From positions 1,110,001-1,142,000 of the forward strand of contig NC_013849.1 in the NCBI RefSeq assembly GCF_000025505.1: DNA of 32,000 nt. Direction: 5' to 3'. The DNA comes from Ferroglobus placidus DSM 10642 (lineage in GTDB: Archaea > Halobacteriota > Archaeoglobi > Archaeoglobales > Archaeoglobaceae). Positions 10,626 to 20,228 of this stretch are shown here, in pieces. The notes beneath the pieces are model-generated. The model had not been told where the DNA came from and searched no databases. It saw only the letters and a list, made by a program, of their open reading frames with translations. A program made the position numbers and the translations under genes. Numbering within the stretch: position 1 is the first letter of the stretch; each line of letters starts with the position of its first letter.

Positions 10626-11633
10626 CTACTTCTTAATTCCGAGGGACTCGTTCGTAAGCTTCATGCTTTCCTCCTTGTCAGCCAGCTCGAACATCGCTCT
10701 TATCGCATCAACGTTCTCTGGAACGACGATAGCCTCCTGATGAATCGCTTGCACGGCAAAAAGCTCTCCCTCGTGGATTGCCAAGCTCTCCCTCCAAACC
10801 ACGTTCTCGAAAATGTCGTACCTCATTCTCAGCTCCCTCGCGTACTCTATTATCTTCGCAGTGGACGTGAATCCGTCTTCCTCGGAAATCAGCATTATCC
10901 TCGGCTCGTCTTCTAAAGCTGCGACGATGTCTTCGAGCTTTCCGTCGAGCTCTATGGAAATGCCGTGAACGTGCATGAGAGTTGTTGGAACTTTGAAAGC
11001 TGTCGTGACTATGTTAACGTCAGGTAAAACTGTTTTAACGTCTTCCGCGTGGTGAGAGGGAAGCCTGACGGGATCCGGCATTATTCCGTTAACGAGACCC
11101 TTCTTGTCCTCCTTTGGGTCGACGACTCTTCTTATCATCGTCGCTCTAACCTTCTTCACGTCTGCTACGCTTTTAACCACCGAAATGAATCTCGCCAATC
11201 CAGTGGTGTTGCAGCTCACGACTCTGACGAAGTTCTTACCTCTCGCATCATCGTAGTTCGCGAGAGCGTTGAAAGACACTTCAGCAACGTGACTCTTCTC
11301 TCCTCCCTGGAAAATAGCCTTAACTCCAGCTTTTTCGTATTTCGGCTTGTTCTCAGCCCCAACCTTGTTTGGAGAGCAGTCAACAACAACGTCAACCTTC
11401 TCAAGCAAGTCGTCTATCGTCCCTTCCACTTTCACCTCTGCTTTCTCGAACAGCTCTATTCTTTCCGGAATCGCTACGTAGAGCTTGTAACCCTTTTTCA
11501 CAGCAAGTTTCGCCTCGAAGTCCGGCTTCGTTTTTGTAACTCCGACTACTTCCATGTCCTTCTGCAGGTTCACGGCATCGGCAACTCTCTTTCCAATCGT
11601 TCCGTACCCGTTTACAGCTACTTTAACCTTCAT
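10626..11633 (-). CDS. gap: archaeal type II glyceraldehyde-3-phosphate dehydrogenase
   Basis: MKVKVAVNGYGTIGKRVADAV...VVDCSPNKVGAENK...VVSCNTTGLARF...PTTLMHVHGISIEL. Confidence 0.95.
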   Translation of the reverse strand: MKVKVAVNGYGTIGKRVADAVNLQKDMEVVGVTKTKPDFEAKLAVKKGYKLYVAIPERIELFEKAEVKVEGTIDDLLEKVDVVVDCSPNKVGAENKPKYEKAGVKAIFQGGEKSHVAEVSFNALANYDDARGKNFVRVVSCNTTGLARFISVVKSVADVKKVRATMIRRVVDPKEDKKGLVNGIMPDPVRLPSHHAEDVKTVLPDVNIVTTAFKVPTTLMHVHGISIELDGKLEDIVAALEDEPRIMLISEEDGFTSTAKIIEYARELRMRYDIFENVVWRESLAIHEGELFAVQAIHQEAIVVPENVDAIRAMFELADKEESMKLTNESLGIKK

Positions 11634-11817
11634 AGGGCACCACCAAGATTTTGTGACTCCTCATATCCATAAGAGCGATTTTACCTTCAACCTCCCTGTA
11701 CTCACCAAGAAGCCCATAGAGTTTAAGCTTTCCGTTTTCCACCTCAATTCTAACAACATCCTCCATTAACAACTCTTCCGAATCACCCTTCTTGAAAACC
11801 ACCTTTGATTCGCACAT
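11623..11817 (-). CDS. CooT-like small protein (RNA-binding or nickel-binding family)
   Basis: 64-aa ORF: MCESKVVFKKGDSEELLMEDVVRIEVENGKLKLYGLLGEYREVEGKIALMDMRSHKILV. Confidence 0.7.
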   Translation of the reverse strand: MCESKVVFKKGDSEELLMEDVVRIEVENGKLKLYGLLGEYREVEGKIALMDMRSHKILVVPYEG

Positions 11818-11848
11818 ATTAAGATCTTTACAAGAGAAAAGAAAAATG

Positions 11849-12349
11849 TTATCCGTGTTTTAAAAACATCCTCGTGAGTCTTTCGACGGGAAAGTATTCG
11901 GTTATGTTGAAGAGTATTTTTCCAGCATGAAATATATTGTAATTTCTAACGAGAAAGTACTCCTCCCCGAATTTTTCCTTCAAACCCCTTATCCTCCTCA
12001 CCTCAAACCAGTTAACGTCCCTCCTCACCTCAAGGTTATGTTTCCTTATTATTTTTCCGATTGGCACATCCGCTCGCATCAAATCTTCTCTTACTCCGTT
12101 AAAAACGCTTTTAATCGGAAAATAAGAAACCGCCAAAGCTAAAATTTCGTCAGCAAGAATTTCCACTACCCTCCAGTTCACGAAGTCTCCGACATCTATC
12201 TCTAAAAGTTCCGCCACCCTCTCGTCGGCTTTAACAACTTTTTGAGCTAAAGTTCTCACTTTCACCTCTTTTCCGGTTAAAGCTTCTAAAATCGTCGTTA
12301 CCGAGCCGTCGGTTGTTGCGAGAATTTTTAAGAAAGGATTTAACTCCAA
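11849..12349 (-). CDS. DUF98/chorismate lyase-fold protein
   Basis: 166 aa: TDGSVTTILEALTGKEVKV...DFVNWRVVEILADEILALAVSYFPI. Confidence 0.6.
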   Translation of the reverse strand: MELNPFLKILATTDGSVTTILEALTGKEVKVRTLAQKVVKADERVAELLEIDVGDFVNWRVVEILADEILALAVSYFPIKSVFNGVREDLMRADVPIGKIIRKHNLEVRRDVNWFEVRRIRGLKEKFGEEYFLVRNYNIFHAGKILFNITEYFPVERLTRMFLKHG

Positions 12350-13302
12350 AGGCTCTCCACCTCTCCAACCGGCTTTCCGGCTTTCGTTTTTGGAGCGATA
12401 TAGTTCAGAAACTTCTCGAAGTCAACTCTGTAAAGTCGAAATCTCACTATAATTGGAGAAAGCGTCGCATCGTAGTCGGTGAAGCTTATTTTAGAGACGG
12501 TAGCAACCTGTTTGTTCAGAAGCAACGTTATCTCCCTTCCTCTCCTATTCTTTATCATCTCGCTTCTCACTGTGTCGAGAATTCTCTGCCTCCTTATGAG
12601 ATCCCTGAATTTTTCCAGACTCTTCGCCTTAGCCTTTAATTTTCCATCGACTATTTCAATTTCTGCGTCGGGAAAAATGTTTTTCACGGCATTTATTACC
12701 TTTTCCGGGTCTTCTGTAGGGTGAATGTCAGTCTCAACTTCTATCTCAACTTTCTCGATCAGCCTGTCGAGAAGAGCTCTAACCTTCTCCCTGAACTCCT
12801 CTAATGTCGAGGTGTTTTCGATGGTAAAATCTGCTATCTTCAGCGCTTCTTCCATACTCCAAGAAAGCTCCCTCTCGTCTCTTTTCTTAAGGTCTTCTAT
12901 AGTCTTCACGTCGTCTTCCCTCTTCCTCTTCAAAGCTCTTTGAAATCTTATCTCAAGAGGACACTCGATAGCTATGAGTATGAAATCCTCTCCAAATTCT
13001 TTTTTCAACCTCTCTACTTCCGCTATTCCTCTAATTCCATCCACAACAACCGCTCCGTGATTTTTTCCAAGCTCCCTTATCTTGGGAATTATCCTCTTCG
13101 CTATTGCATCCATCCCCTCCTTTTTTCTTAACTCAGAAGCAACTCTTCCCACGTTCTCGTCCGTCAGTTCGAGCCCTCTCCTTTTTGTTTCCTCTCTCAC
13201 GACGTCTCCCATCACGACGACTGGAATTCCCATTTCCCTCGCTATTTCTGCCGCGGTAGTTTTACCACTCAGCGGCAAACCTACGAAGGCGATAATTTTC
13301 AT
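12340..13302 (-). CDS. UPF0200/UPF0201 fusion: dephospho-CoA-kinase-like P-loop domain plus RNA-binding-like domain
   Basis: N-terminal GLPLSGKTTAAEIA P-loop and VVVDGIRGIAEVERLK; C-terminal VEIEVETDIHPTEDPEKVINAVKNIFPDAEIE. Confidence 0.85.
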   Translation of the reverse strand: MKIIAFVGLPLSGKTTAAEIAREMGIPVVVMGDVVREETKRRGLELTDENVGRVASELRKKEGMDAIAKRIIPKIRELGKNHGAVVVDGIRGIAEVERLKKEFGEDFILIAIECPLEIRFQRALKRKREDDVKTIEDLKKRDERELSWSMEEALKIADFTIENTSTLEEFREKVRALLDRLIEKVEIEVETDIHPTEDPEKVINAVKNIFPDAEIEIVDGKLKAKAKSLEKFRDLIRRQRILDTVRSEMIKNRRGREITLLLNKQVATVSKISFTDYDATLSPIIVRFRLYRVDFEKFLNYIAPKTKAGKPVGEVESLWS

Positions 13303-13409
13303 CGAAGTTGATTCGGAAAGGAGGTAATATAAATTTGCTAATCTCGGTTTTTACAAAACCAATCAAAACCTCTTCTCATTTTTAATCCCCATCCTTTTCA
13401 TGGCAGAAC

Positions 13410-13634
13410 ATGAAGTTCAGAGTTGAGTTTAACGCAGAGAGATGCGGTGGAGCTGGAGAATGCGTTGCCGTTTGCGACAAAGGAGTTTGGAGCTGGAAAG
13501 AAGTCGAATTCAGCTTTTTCGGAAAAAGGTTCAGGAGGTTAATGCCCTTTCCGGTAAGTCAGGAGAAGTGCGTTGGTTGCAGAAAGTGCGAGAGGATTTG
13601 CCCAACTAAGTGTATTAAGGTAGTCGAAGCTTAA
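13410..13634 (+). CDS. 4Fe-4S ferredoxin
   Basis: FNAERCGGAGECVAVCDKGVW...CVGCRKCERICPTKCIKV. Confidence 0.9.
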   Translation: MKFRVEFNAERCGGAGECVAVCDKGVWSWKEVEFSFFGKRFRRLMPFPVSQEKCVGCRKCERICPTKCIKVVEA

Positions 13635-13652
13635 AAGCGAAAGATTTAAATC

Positions 13653-13683
13653 AAGTTATCCTGTCTTCTTTTCAAGATAACTT
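13653..13683. promoter_or_regulatory. candidate operator, perfect 8-bp inverted repeat AAGTTATC-N15-GATAACTT
   Basis: Arms at 13653-13660 and 13676-13683. It sits just downstream of a TATA-like tttaaat (about 13644-13650) and upstream of the 13697 ATG. Confidence 0.4.
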
Positions 13684-13696
13684 TAAAAGCGGTTGT

Positions 13697-13908
13697 ATGT
13701 TACTCGAGGTTGCTGTAAGTATTGCTGTGCCGCACTCCTTAGCTCCCGATCACTACTTGCCGATCACTGCTCTTGGGAAAACAGCATACCAATTTTCTTG
13801 ACAATTTTCAGACTTGCTTATGCGATAATCGCTTTCATTGGAGCGATATCGTATTTGCTAACGAGGAAAATCGAAAACGTTAACATTAAATTTCTGAAAG
13901 TAATGTAG
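13697..13908 (+). pseudogene. possible remnant of a NicO/HoxN-like metal permease
   Basis: Frame from 13697 reads MLLEVAVSIAVPHSLAPDHYLPITALGKTAYQFS*, containing an HSLxPDH permease-like motif. The frame beginning at 13693 continues with a C-terminal-like TM segment, FRLAYAIIAFIGAISYLLTRKIENVN. The middle of any transporter is missing. Confidence 0.3.
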
Positions 13909-13909
13909 T

Positions 13910-15721
13910 ATGAGCTTCACATCCAAACTTCTTGAAATCGACCTGAGCGAGGAAAGATGGGAAGAGGTAGAAATTGACTCGGAAGCTTACGAAAGAAATC
14001 TCGGAATAATTGGTATCGCTTACGAAATTGCTGAAAAACTCGCCGGGAGATTTAGCCCCTTCGACGAGGACAATTTCGTGATTTTCGCTGCTGGAATTTT
14101 GACGAACACATCAATGCCGGGAGCAAGTAAGGTTGTTGCTGTAACTAAAAACCCCCTCAACAACACTTATGGACCTTCCGTTGGCGGGGGAGCCTTTGCG
14201 AGAGACATGAAAAGAGCCGGATACGATTTGATAGTGATAAAGGGGAGGGCGGAAAAGCCAGTCTGGATCGACATAAGCGAGGGAAAAGTTGAGGTAAACG
14301 AAGCTAAATTCTGGGGGAGGGATGCTGTTGAAAGTTACGAGCTTTTAAAAGAGAAGGGAAAAAGCGTCCTGACGATCGGTCAGGCGGGAGAAAATCTTGT
14401 CAGTTACGCTTTAACTTTAATAGACGGAGTGCACCACTTGGGAAAAGCCGGACTCGGAGCCGTTCTCGGAAGCAAGAACTTAAAGGCTATAAGGGTCGGC
14501 GGTAGTAAGAAGAGCAGAATAGCTGATGAAAACAAGTTCGACGAAGTTGTTAAGGCGGTAAGAAAAAAGATTCTCTCGGATAAGGTGACGAAGCTTTACG
14601 CCGAAGTTGGAATAATGGCTGCCTGGGAAAACTGGGCGAAGTTCGGCTACCTCGCGAATAAGATGAAAAGCGAAGCGATAAGCAAAGAGGTTGCGGAGGA
14701 GTTCGGAGTTAAAAAGTACCTTGAGAAGATTAAAGTCAGAAGTTTGGGCTGCTTCGGCTGTCCTTCTCCTTGCAAAGCTGTTTTAAAAGCTAAGATCAAC
14801 GGGAAAGAGATCGTAACTAAAGCCTCTCTCTACCTCGGCGTTGCTTACGAATTCGGCGTGAAGTGCGGAGTGAAGAAAGCTGAGGAGGCTGTTTTTTGCC
14901 ACGATCTTGCGAACAGATTCGGAATAGATGCCATGCTTTTTGCCGAGCTTTTCGACGTACTTGCAACGCTAAAGGAAGAGGGAAAGATCGATTTGGAAAT
15001 TAAAAGGGACTTTGACAGCGTTGTAAGGTTTCTGAAGCTTGTGGCTGAGAGAAAGGAAGTTGGAGAGAAGCTTGCTAAAGGAATTGACGGAGTAAAGGAA
15101 ATAGCGGAGTTTGAAGACTACTTCATCAAGAAAATGGAGCCACTATTTGATCCGAGGGTTTCCTCGGGAAGTGAGGCTTTTGGGTTGTTGACGAATCCGA
15201 GGGGTGCTCAAGAAGGTCCGGTTACTCCTACAGTACTGCCGGGGAGAAGTAGGGAGAGCTTGGAGAGATACATGAGGAGCATAGGGGCGAGTGAGGAATT
15301 AATAAGAAAAACGTTCGAAAACGGATTTAACTCCGCTCTGTACACTTTGGCAGCCGAAAACTGGCTTTGGACCTTAAACGGAATGGGGATATGCAGGAGA
15401 GAGAGCATAGCGAGAAGTCTAAACATAGAGACGGTCAAAGATCTTTTTGTTTCTGCGACTGGAATAGAAGCGAGCAGTGAGGATATCGTTAAAGCTGCCG
15501 CAAGAGCCTTTACCATCTGCAGAAAACTGAATTGCTCGGAAGGATACTCGATGAAAGACGACCTTCCTCCAAAGAGGTTTTTCCAACCTCTGAAAACTTG
15601 GGAAGGGGAAAAAGTTTGGAGAGATTACTTGACAGGAAAAGAGATTAAATTTGAGGATGTTGTGAAAATGCTTAAAGAATACTACAGATTCAGAGGCTGG
15701 AAGGAAAACGGCTGCCCCTAA
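13910..15721 (+). CDS. aldehyde ferredoxin oxidoreductase (tungsten pterin enzyme)
   Basis: 603 aa: AAGILTNTSMPGASKVVAVTKNPLNNTYGPSVGG, GAKNL-like GSKNLKAI, CFGCPSPC, and a C-terminal ICRKLNCSEG region. Confidence 0.93.
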   Translation: MSFTSKLLEIDLSEERWEEVEIDSEAYERNLGIIGIAYEIAEKLAGRFSPFDEDNFVIFAAGILTNTSMPGASKVVAVTKNPLNNTYGPSVGGGAFARDMKRAGYDLIVIKGRAEKPVWIDISEGKVEVNEAKFWGRDAVESYELLKEKGKSVLTIGQAGENLVSYALTLIDGVHHLGKAGLGAVLGSKNLKAIRVGGSKKSRIADENKFDEVVKAVRKKILSDKVTKLYAEVGIMAAWENWAKFGYLANKMKSEAISKEVAEEFGVKKYLEKIKVRSLGCFGCPSPCKAVLKAKINGKEIVTKASLYLGVAYEFGVKCGVKKAEEAVFCHDLANRFGIDAMLFAELFDVLATLKEEGKIDLEIKRDFDSVVRFLKLVAERKEVGEKLAKGIDGVKEIAEFEDYFIKKMEPLFDPRVSSGSEAFGLLTNPRGAQEGPVTPTVLPGRSRESLERYMRSIGASEELIRKTFENGFNSALYTLAAENWLWTLNGMGICRRESIARSLNIETVKDLFVSATGIEASSEDIVKAAARAFTICRKLNCSEGYSMKDDLPPKRFFQPLKTWEGEKVWRDYLTGKEIKFEDVVKMLKEYYRFRGWKENGCP

Positions 15722-15752
15722 TTTTTATATTCATGTTCCCCAAGAAAACTTC

Positions 15753-16271
15753 GTGCAGATCGCCCTTACCGGAAGACCGGGGATAGGGAAGACCACGGCT
15801 TGTTTAAAAATTTTCGAAAAACTGAAAGACGAGATGAAAATTTCCGGATTCGTTACGAAAGAAGTGAGGGAGAAGGGGAGGAGAATAGGTTTCAAGCTTG
15901 TCAACCTCGAAAGTGGAGAGGAGAGCTGGTTGGCTAAAGTGGGAGAAGGGAAAGTTAAAGTTGGGAAGTATGCAGTTTTCGTTGAAAACCTTGAGAAGTT
16001 TCTCGACGAAATTTCTCTCGATTCCGATTTGATAATCATCGACGAAGTCGGACCGATGGAATTAAAAAGCGAGAAATTCGTTAAGTTCGTCGAAAATTTA
16101 CTCAGAAAAGACAATGTAATTTTCACGATCCATTACAAAGCTTGCCACAGAATTTTGGACGAGATAAGAAGGAGATTCAAAGTCATTACTCTGACGGAAG
16201 AGAACAGGAATAAAGCGGTGGAAGAGGTGGTAGAGATTGTTAGAGGAAGGAAAAGCCAAGATAGTAACTGA
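15753..16271 (+). CDS. THEP1-type nucleoside-triphosphatase
   Basis: IALTGRPGIGKTTACLKI (Walker A), GFVTKEVREKGRRIGFKLVNL, IIIDEVGPMELKS (Walker B). Confidence 0.9.
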   Translation: MQIALTGRPGIGKTTACLKIFEKLKDEMKISGFVTKEVREKGRRIGFKLVNLESGEESWLAKVGEGKVKVGKYAVFVENLEKFLDEISLDSDLIIIDEVGPMELKSEKFVKFVENLLRKDNVIFTIHYKACHRILDEIRRRFKVITLTEENRNKAVEEVVEIVRGRKSQDSN

Positions 16272-17277
16272 TGGCGTTTTTTACAATCCGAGGATGAAGT
16301 TTTGCAGAGACGTGGACGTGGTGGTCTTTTCTGAGTTGAAAGCAAAAAGCTACCTCGACGCTTTAGCCGGAAGTGGTGTGAGAGGGATAAGGGCGATGCT
16401 TGAGGCTGGTTACGATAACGTCGTATTCAACGATAAAAACCCGAAGGCTTGTGAGGTGATAAGGAAGAATTTGGAGATGAACGGGCTGAAAGCTGAAGTC
16501 CTCTGCAGAGATGCCGTAGCTTTGATGAGGGAGAGGAAGTTCGATCACATAGATCTCGACCCTTTCGGTTCACCAGCCGAGTTTATAGATGCGGCTTGCT
16601 TCTCCGCTAAGAGGTTTTTGAGCGTCACAGCCACAGATACCGCAGCTCTGTGCGGTTCTGCTACAGTTTCTGGATTGAGAAAGTACTCGTCTTTCGCAAT
16701 AAAAACGGAATTCTACCACGAAATTGGGTTGAGGAATTTAATCGGGAAAATAGCGAGGGAGGCAACGAAGTACGATAAGAGTTTGGAGGTCTTAATTTCT
16801 TGGGCAAAAGAGCATTACTACAGAGTTTACGTAAGATTCAAAAGCTCTCCGAGGTTGGCTGGAAAGCTGTACGAGAAAATTGGATTTCTTTACTACTGCA
16901 AGAATTGCTTGAACAGAACCTGGAGGAACTTTTACGAAGAGCCCGAAGCCGTTTGCTCCTGCGGGAAAAAGTTCGTTGAGCTCGGACCTCTCTGGCTCGG
17001 AGAACTTCATTTGAAAGAGTTCGTTTCAAATTTAAGAGGTGAAAAAAGCGTTGAGAAACTTTTGGAGAGGATAAGAGAGGAGATAAACTCAGTCAGTTAC
17101 TACAACATCCACGCGATCTGTTTTAAACTTCGCGTCTCCCCTCCTCCGCTTTCAAAAATAATTGAGAAGCTGAAAGAAATTGGCTACGAAGCTTCGAAAA
17201 CGAGGTTTGAGGGGGCTAATTTAAAAACAAACGCGGACGTTGAAGAGCTGAAGAATGTCATTTTAGCTCTTCAATAG
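16237..17277 (+). CDS. trm1: tRNA (guanine26-N2)-dimethyltransferase Trm1
   Basis: VFYNPRMKFCRDVDVVVF, DALAGSGVRGIRAMLE, HIDLDPFGSPAEFIDAA, TDTAALCG, YCKNCLNRTW. Confidence 0.93.
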   Translation: MLEEGKAKIVTDGVFYNPRMKFCRDVDVVVFSELKAKSYLDALAGSGVRGIRAMLEAGYDNVVFNDKNPKACEVIRKNLEMNGLKAEVLCRDAVALMRERKFDHIDLDPFGSPAEFIDAACFSAKRFLSVTATDTAALCGSATVSGLRKYSSFAIKTEFYHEIGLRNLIGKIAREATKYDKSLEVLISWAKEHYYRVYVRFKSSPRLAGKLYEKIGFLYYCKNCLNRTWRNFYEEPEAVCSCGKKFVELGPLWLGELHLKEFVSNLRGEKSVEKLLERIREEINSVSYYNIHAICFKLRVSPPPLSKIIEKLKEIGYEASKTRFEGANLKTNADVEELKNVILALQ

Positions 17278-18292
17278 CTTTTAGAATTTCCTCCGCTTTG
17301 AACCTCCTCACAACAACGCTCGACAAACCCCTCTCGTACTTTGTCACTACATCTATCAAACGCAAGTACTCAAGCTTCCTCAGAATTTCGTTGAACTTCG
17401 AGTAACTCATTCCCTTAACTTCCGAAAAGATCTCCGCTGCTCTTTTATAATTTGAAGTGTAAATTGCTCTGAGGACCTCCTTTTCTTTTTCGTTCAACGC
17501 AAGAATCATCTTTTTGAAAAAGACGATTTTTCCCTTTTCCTTAGCCATTTCGACGCACTCTTCGTCAACAGCCTCTTTCCCCAGCTTCCAGGAGATTATC
17601 GCCGCCTGCTTCATCAAACTCAATCCGTACCTTAAATCAGCGTAATTAGCTGTTTCTTCGACTATCTCCTCAAAAGCTTCCTCTTTAAAGTTGACGTAAC
17701 TGAGTTTCGCTCTGTCGAGCAGAATTTCCCTAATTTCCTCCTCGCTGTAAGGGGGGAAGTATATCTCGTCTGGATGAAAGACCGAGAGAAGCTCAGAGGA
17801 AAACCTCGCGAGATACTTAAGATCAGTTGAAATTAATATCGCGCTCGACTTCACTCCTTCAACAACTTCGTGGGCTTTGAGAACGGCTAAAAGCGTTTCT
17901 TCAATCACGCCATCCTCCGCAAAATTAGCATCGTCGAGAACTAAAACGAAGGGAGAATCGAGCTTTTTAAAAGCTTCGCTGAAAACCTTTTGAAGGGAAA
18001 CTCCTCTCGGAGGGTAGAAACCCCTTAAGCCCTCGAAGATTTTGAAGAATATTTGCTGCTTCGTTCTGCTTGCCTGACAGTTCACGTAAACGTATTTCGC
18101 GTTTTGAAGCTGATTTAAAACGTATTTAACGACCGTCGTCTTTCCTGTAGCGGGACTTCCCAGGCAGATCGTGTTGGTGGCTCTGCTCCCAAACTCAGCC
18201 GGAGCTAAGTTTGTGGCTAACCTATCCATCTGCTGCTCTCTGAAAAGAATTCTCTCCGGAATGAAGTCCTCGTCGAAAACTTCAAGCCTCAT
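17258..18292 (-). CDS. divergent Cdc6/Orc1-like AAA+ ATPase with C-terminal winged helix
   Basis: Walker A GSPATGKTTVVKYV, Walker B-position VLVLDDANF, sensor-2-like ADLRYGLSLMKQAA, and a winged-helix-like C-terminus. Confidence 0.8.
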   Translation of the reverse strand: MRLEVFDEDFIPERILFREQQMDRLATNLAPAEFGSRATNTICLGSPATGKTTVVKYVLNQLQNAKYVYVNCQASRTKQQIFFKIFEGLRGFYPPRGVSLQKVFSEAFKKLDSPFVLVLDDANFAEDGVIEETLLAVLKAHEVVEGVKSSAILISTDLKYLARFSSELLSVFHPDEIYFPPYSEEEIREILLDRAKLSYVNFKEEAFEEIVEETANYADLRYGLSLMKQAAIISWKLGKEAVDEECVEMAKEKGKIVFFKKMILALNEKEKEVLRAIYTSNYKRAAEIFSEVKGMSYSKFNEILRKLEYLRLIDVVTKYERGLSSVVVRRFKAEEILKAIEELK

Positions 18293-18801
18293 TTCAAACC
18301 TTTCGCATGACTGACAACGTGCTTCAAAACGTCTTTTATTATTTTCACTCCGAGTTCCACTGCCTTTTTAGATCCGGGAAGAGCGAAGACGACTTTTCCG
18401 TTAACAACTCCGGCTGTCGCTCTTGAAAGGATAGCGTTATAGCCGATCTCCTTCAAGCTCTCGTACCTGAATACTTCCCCAAATCCCTCCATCTTTTTAT
18501 CGAAAATGCCTTCAAGTGCCTCTACTGTAACGTCTCTCGGATTCAAACCGGTTCCGCCGGTAAGAATTACGACGTCAGCTTCCATCTCGAGAACAGCTTT
18601 CAGGATTTTTTTGGTGTCGTCAGGAACGAGTTTGTACGCGACTATGCTATCCTTAAAAGCCTCAACTATAGTTTTTCCGGATTCGTCATCCACTTTTTCC
18701 AGATCTTCCAGCCCAACATCCCCGTACTTTTCGTACCTCGAGGTGGAAACGGTTATTACGCCAATTTTAACATCCACCTCTGCCTCATGCATCAGAACCA
18801 C
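18289..18801 (-). CDS. moaB: MoaB/Mog family molybdenum cofactor biosynthesis protein
   Basis: [33 protein letters not shown]...[22 protein letters not shown]...[24 protein letters not shown]. The true start may be the internal Met at codon 4. Confidence 0.9.
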   Translation of the reverse strand: MVLMHEAEVDVKIGVITVSTSRYEKYGDVGLEDLEKVDDESGKTIVEAFKDSIVAYKLVPDDTKKILKAVLEMEADVVILTGGTGLNPRDVTVEALEGIFDKKMEGFGEVFRYESLKEIGYNAILSRATAGVVNGKVVFALPGSKKAVELGVKIIKDVLKHVVSHAKGLK

Positions 18802-19802
18802 CTGTCGAGAGTAATCTGACTCGACGAGATGTTTTCCTCAATTCTCTCAACAGCTTTCTCAACCCTTTCTCTACTAAAGTCGTGCTCCTCGCAAAGGAAC
18901 TCTATAACCTTATCTTTCTTAGGCTTTCTGAATTTTATCTCGTAATCATCCGTGGTTGGAGGATTCAGGAAAAACTCCCTAATTTCATCCAGATGCTCTA
19001 TTTCAACCCTTAAAACTTTTAAAACTTTTTTAACGTCTCCGTAAGTTTTTACGTACTTGAGAGCCTTCTTCGCTCCTATTCCCTTCACCCCCTCGTTGTA
19101 GTCAGTGCCCACGAGAATTGCAACGTCTATTAGCTGCTCCCTCGTTATTCCAAGCTTTTTCAAGTTTGCTTCGAGATCTATTATTTCGGGCTTTATCTCC
19201 ACGTAAACGTTCTTTCCCGGAAGCTTTCTCTTGCCAGTTACGGTTAGATTCCTCGCAAGCTTGGGAGAGCCAAAGAGGAGGGAATCGTAGTCCTGGCTTC
19301 CCGTATAATCGGCATCACCTTTCCTTACCATGTAAGCTGCCTGAGCCTCTCCTTCGCTCGGAGCCTGAACGTAGGGAATCCCCAAGTACTCCAAAAGAGT
19401 TTTCGAGCTCTCAACTATGTACTCATCAACCTTAGCCGTTGCCTGAGCGTACTTCTTTGCATCTTCCCCAGCTTCCAATGCTATTTTCCACTTTTCTTCA
19501 GCCTCTTTTTTTAATTCAGCCCTCCTCTCAAGCTCTTTTTTCTTAAACTCCGGTGGTTCCCCATCGAAAACGTAGATCGGCTTGATGCCGATCTCAATTA
19601 GATTAGCGTTTCTGTAGAGAAGTCCGGATAGATGAGATGTTATTCTCCCCTGAGAGTCCTTGAGAGGTGTGCCATCTGGCTGTCTTATCGTCGATAAAAA
19701 CTGATAGATAGCATTGAAAGCGTCGATGGCTACGTATTTTCCGGAGAAGAATTCCAGTTCTACTTCTTCCCTTTCGAAGAGTTCACCTATGTCAGCACCC
19801 AT
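18792..19802 (-). CDS. fen: flap endonuclease FEN-1
   Basis: [72 protein letters not shown], with C-terminal PIP box QITLDRWF. Confidence 0.97.
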   Translation of the reverse strand: MGADIGELFEREEVELEFFSGKYVAIDAFNAIYQFLSTIRQPDGTPLKDSQGRITSHLSGLLYRNANLIEIGIKPIYVFDGEPPEFKKKELERRAELKKEAEEKWKIALEAGEDAKKYAQATAKVDEYIVESSKTLLEYLGIPYVQAPSEGEAQAAYMVRKGDADYTGSQDYDSLLFGSPKLARNLTVTGKRKLPGKNVYVEIKPEIIDLEANLKKLGITREQLIDVAILVGTDYNEGVKGIGAKKALKYVKTYGDVKKVLKVLRVEIEHLDEIREFFLNPPTTDDYEIKFRKPKKDKVIEFLCEEHDFSRERVEKAVERIEENISSSQITLDRWF

Positions 19803-19832
19803 GTAGTATAGTAACTCTTCAAGGATAAAACG

Positions 19833-20165
19833 TTATCTGTAGAGTCTCCTCTCGATTCTCTCCAATCTCTCTTCCAAACCTTCCATGTAAACTTTAAACT
19901 TGCTCTCAATCCTCGACTCAAGGTCGTCAGCGTTTACGGCAATAAGTCTCTTCAGGTTTTCGAATTCCTCCCTCATTCTGTGCATTCTGTACTCCAAGCT
20001 AAGCAAAAGCATTCCGAGAGAGAACGTCAGGAGAAACGCAGAAAATATTACGACCGCATCGACCCTATCGTAGAGAGAGAGCCACTTCCAAGTTAGAATC
20101 ACTGCCGAAATAACCATCAAAGCGGCAAACAAGATTTCTCTCTGCATGCTCATTATTTTTTCCAC
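19833..20165 (-). CDS. small two-TM, coiled-coil membrane protein of unknown function
   Basis: 110-aa ORF: hydrophobic REILFAALMVISAVILTW and VDAVVIFSAFLLTFSLGMLLLSL, then a charged helical tail. The likely start is a downstream Met (MSMQREIL). Confidence 0.6.
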   Translation of the reverse strand: MEKIMSMQREILFAALMVISAVILTWKWLSLYDRVDAVVIFSAFLLTFSLGMLLLSLEYRMHRMREEFENLKRLIAVNADDLESRIESKFKVYMEGLEERLERIERRLYR

Positions 20166-20228
20166 TAACTATAAATTATTAACTCCCAAAAACGATTTAT
20201 ATCGTCACGGAAGCTATCTTATTGAATT

